Source: Phoronis australis | Lineage: Eukaryota; Animalia; Phoronida | Reading direction: 5' to 3' | Assembly: GCA_002633005.1 (NCBI GenBank) | Contig: NMRA01000036.1 | Span: 503,761 to 567,760, forward strand | DNA length: 64,000 bases | Shown: positions 60,973-64,000 of the stretch, in pieces | How positions within the stretch are numbered: the stretch's first letter is position 1 | Layout: each line of letters opens with the position of its first letter | The notes under the pieces: model-generated | Seen by the model: the letters and a program-made list of their open reading frames with translations, nothing else | Database searches by the model: none | What the model was told of the DNA's origin: nothing | Position numbers and translations under genes: made by a program

Positions 60973-63528
60973 CTGTTGAATATACATCTCATGTAACTAT
61001 AAACTATAACTGTATTGGCGGATTTAGACCATAAGTACACCACCAAAACGCCATTATCATGCCATTTTAAGACGCAGGCGTTTTTCCATCGGAGATTGTG
61101 GTTACACCACGTTTCAGATACATGTACGTCTGCGGATTGAAGGAGCGATCGTGAGAAGAGGTTTTGGTGTCCATGTGGATTAGTAGAGACTAGGAACCAA
61201 ATATTTTTTAAATATGCGGATATGTTCATAAAGGATGGTGTTTGTTAGTCTCGTGAATTAAAATCGAAACCATGGACAGTTCTGACATGGCAACCAAGGT
61301 TTTTATTCCAGCCAATCAGGGAGCGGGAAAATGTCAACACTACGGTCTCCATATTGACCCACAAACATTCGCGGCTAACACTGCGCTGCTTGCTTCACTT
61401 CAAAGTGCAGATCGACGATTTACCAATAACCAACAAGGATATACAGATATGTGACTGACGAGACGGTCAGATGAAAATACGTCCGTGACACACGTCCCAA
61501 TAAACAAGCTCAACTGAAAGAGAAATAATTTCACAATGTATATTGTGAAAAATGTGACTTTTAAATACGAACTCACTTGAAACTTTGACATCAGATTGGA
61601 AGCATAACTTACATAAAAAATGAAAACGCGCCCACACAAAGACGTACCACTAATTAAGTTTTGAATATCAGTTACGGAATCTAGGCAACTAAAGGAAAAG
61701 GTGGTTCATCATCGGACATCTCAAAAAGTGCTGAATATTACAAAGAGAGCCACATTTATATTTGTTAGTTGAATTAGGAAAGTTGTGTCGAAATTTTAGA
61801 GAATTTATAACCAAACCTGCTTTCAGATGGTTAAATGCTATTTCTTTTTCTCTAGCAATGAAAACTTTAATGATATGTAGTATGGTGTTATAACTAACAG
61901 GTAGATGATTTTTCACTTTGTTTTCAAAACAAAAATATACTTTGCTCTGTCCCAAAACCTACCGGGAACTCATTCCAAATCATAATACACCAGACAGGGG
62001 GTGGAAAGGGACTGAGACAGTGCGAAGTCGGTCTGATTTCTTCAATTACTTGGAATATGTGCCCTTCTGTATGGCAGGAGGAAGGGCAACTTATACCTTA
62101 TAGGTGTAAATGAATATATATTGTTTCTTAATATTTGAAAGCAGCATCCAGTGTGAGAGAGATAACGAATGTGACTTACGGAAACGTGACTTAATCGACA
62201 AGATTATGGTATTCTCACTCGGTCGTGTATTACAGTGTTTGAGCATGCCATCTGTCATGAAAGCTGTTACAGTATTAGGTAGCGCATGTCAAGAATGTGC
62301 TCCTGTTTCCGATTCTCAACGTCTAAAGCCACGAATAATATTCAGAAATTAGGATCAGCAGAAATTGTCCTTAGAACGGTTAACCACAGACTCTTCCAAC
62401 TATATAAATGGAGACTAAACGTGTGATCAGAATCCTGAAAATGAATAAAACATGTGGCATTAATATTCATAACGATCTTTTTAAGGTGATAGTGCATTGT
62501 TGATTGTAACTCGATTGTTCAATGTTCTGCTGCCGGCTACCTTTTGTCCGTTTGTTGGCGTCAAAATTCACTAACAACTAGATGAGAATCATTTCACGTA
62601 TAAAGTATCAGAGGATGACGGTTGGCAATTCTCTCGAAAGATTGCAATGTACCAGGCACTGCTACGTGGATGGACCCCGTGTTCCGGCGAACAGCACCAT
62701 CAACGTCTTGTGTTGACAGTACTGCATATGGTGCTGCACCGTGTAATCCAACCACTTGCAAGTAATAGTTTACATGGCCGTCACAAACAAAGCAACCCCA
62801 CTGGCAATCATGGGGGGCTACGTTAAGTGAAAATGGTGACGAAGGGGGTGGGGGAAGGGGAATGAGCAAACTTTGTGGCCACCGAGAATTCTGAATGTAT
62901 TTGAGGCGACCGGCTCGACTGTCAGAAATTCTACCATCAGGAGGAAGAGGTGAAAATCATGACGATAGGGGGCAGCTCGAATCCCTGGGGCCACTAGATT
63001 TCTTAAAGAGGCTGATAAAGCTTAATCTAGCACACGCGTTTCCCGACAGGACATTATTTTGACTCGGATCCCCTCACCCTCCTCCGCACTGCGGGGATGT
63101 GTTGTTCGCCATATTCTGCAATCTCTGCTTCCGATGTTGTCATCTAGAACAGCTTGTGCCACTTTGCACACACAAGGTTGATGAAACAGACCAAACGACG
63201 GCAAACTGGATAACGTTTATCGCACCTGCGCCTATTAAGTGTAAAATAATAATTAACCACATCATTCACGATTTTCAGAATCAAATCACTTTCTTAAGAC
63301 CGCAAATCACTTGGATTAGAGAAGCAACACACTTGTTTGGAATGTACTGGCGCTCCCTCCAGCACTACAAAAACGTTTTAATCTGAGCCAGCCTATCATT
63401 GCCATTATTTTATTGTTACCTGTACTGAAAGTATTGCATCATCATCATTATTATCATTGAATTTAGATAATGACAATGATGGAGATTACCTTCAGGCTCA
63501 AAATACCTGTGTGTTAAAAAGTACGTAC

Positions 63529-63656
63529 TCAGTTTTGGCCAGCACACCGCCAGGTAGACATCAAGTCCAATGGAGAAGGCAGTCAAGATTTCCGCTGTCC
63601 CCGACACCATGCCGAGCAGCGAGTAGGCCTTGCACACCAAGTCTGAGAATGGCCAC
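63529..63656 (-). CDS. Peropsin-like opsin exon (ECL1 and TM3: WPFSDLVCKAYSLLG...LDVYLAVCWP); TM1-2 exons lie beyond the window
   Basis: Acceptor gatAG at 63657, donor GTACGT at 63528, phase 2/1. Confidence 0.85.
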
Positions 63657-63686
63657 CTATCGGGAGAAACGTTACCCTTACAAAAA

Positions 63687-64000
63687 TGAACTTAAGTTTT
63701 CATCGAAAAACTTAAGTTTTTGGTCTGAAAAACTTAAGTTTTCATTCCCGAAAACTTAAGTTTTTGGCGAAAACTTAAGTATTTTGGAACAAGTTTTTTG
63801 GAACGAACTTAAGTTTTCATAACTTAAGTTTTCAAAAAACTTAAGTTTTTCAAAAACTTAAGTTTTGAAAACTTAAGTTTTTCAAAAACTTAAGTTCTAA
63901 AAACTTAAGTTTTTCAAAAACTTAAGTTTCTAAAACTTAAGTTTTCCAAAAACTTAAGTATTTTGGAACAAGTTTTTTGGAACGAACTTAAGTTTTTAAA
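63687..64000. repeat. Satellite of palindromic AAAACTTAAGTTTT units running off the window end
   Basis: More than a dozen AACTTAAGT cores with a ~17-24-nt period. Confidence 0.9.

Overview
AT-rich, intron-rich eukaryotic DNA; gene content and repeats look like a marine invertebrate, probably lophotrochozoan or molluscan (inference only). There is one 592-nt assembly gap (32789-33380). Host genes reconstructed from splice sites and reading phases: (1) the 3' end of an unidentified + strand gene (1791-4143); (2) a complete two-coding-exon ELP6 (9486-12223, +); (3) a large minus-strand secreted mosaic gene (signal peptide, C-type lectin, WSC, F5/8C, WSC, 3x Sushi, WSC; 40470 to about 20712) with frame/splice lesions and no clear end; (4) the last four exons (TM3-TM7) of a peropsin-like opsin (63656 to 55429, -) that keeps the retinal lysine but has altered DRY, CWxP and NPxxY motifs. 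The most unusual structure is at 5759-9051. It is a gag-only LTR retroelement whose ~150-bp LTR contains a tRNA-like Pol III A/B-box module, followed by a perfect tRNA-Ser PBS. Its Gag starts with a ComEA-like helix-hairpin-helix. A miniature LTR-PBS-PPT-LTR unit with the same LTR family lies directly downstream. Also present: a decayed Gmr1-order (IN-RT-RH) Gypsy, a Kolobok-like TTAA element, Penelope-type hammerhead relics, MITEs and satellites. All calls are by eye; no database searches were run.
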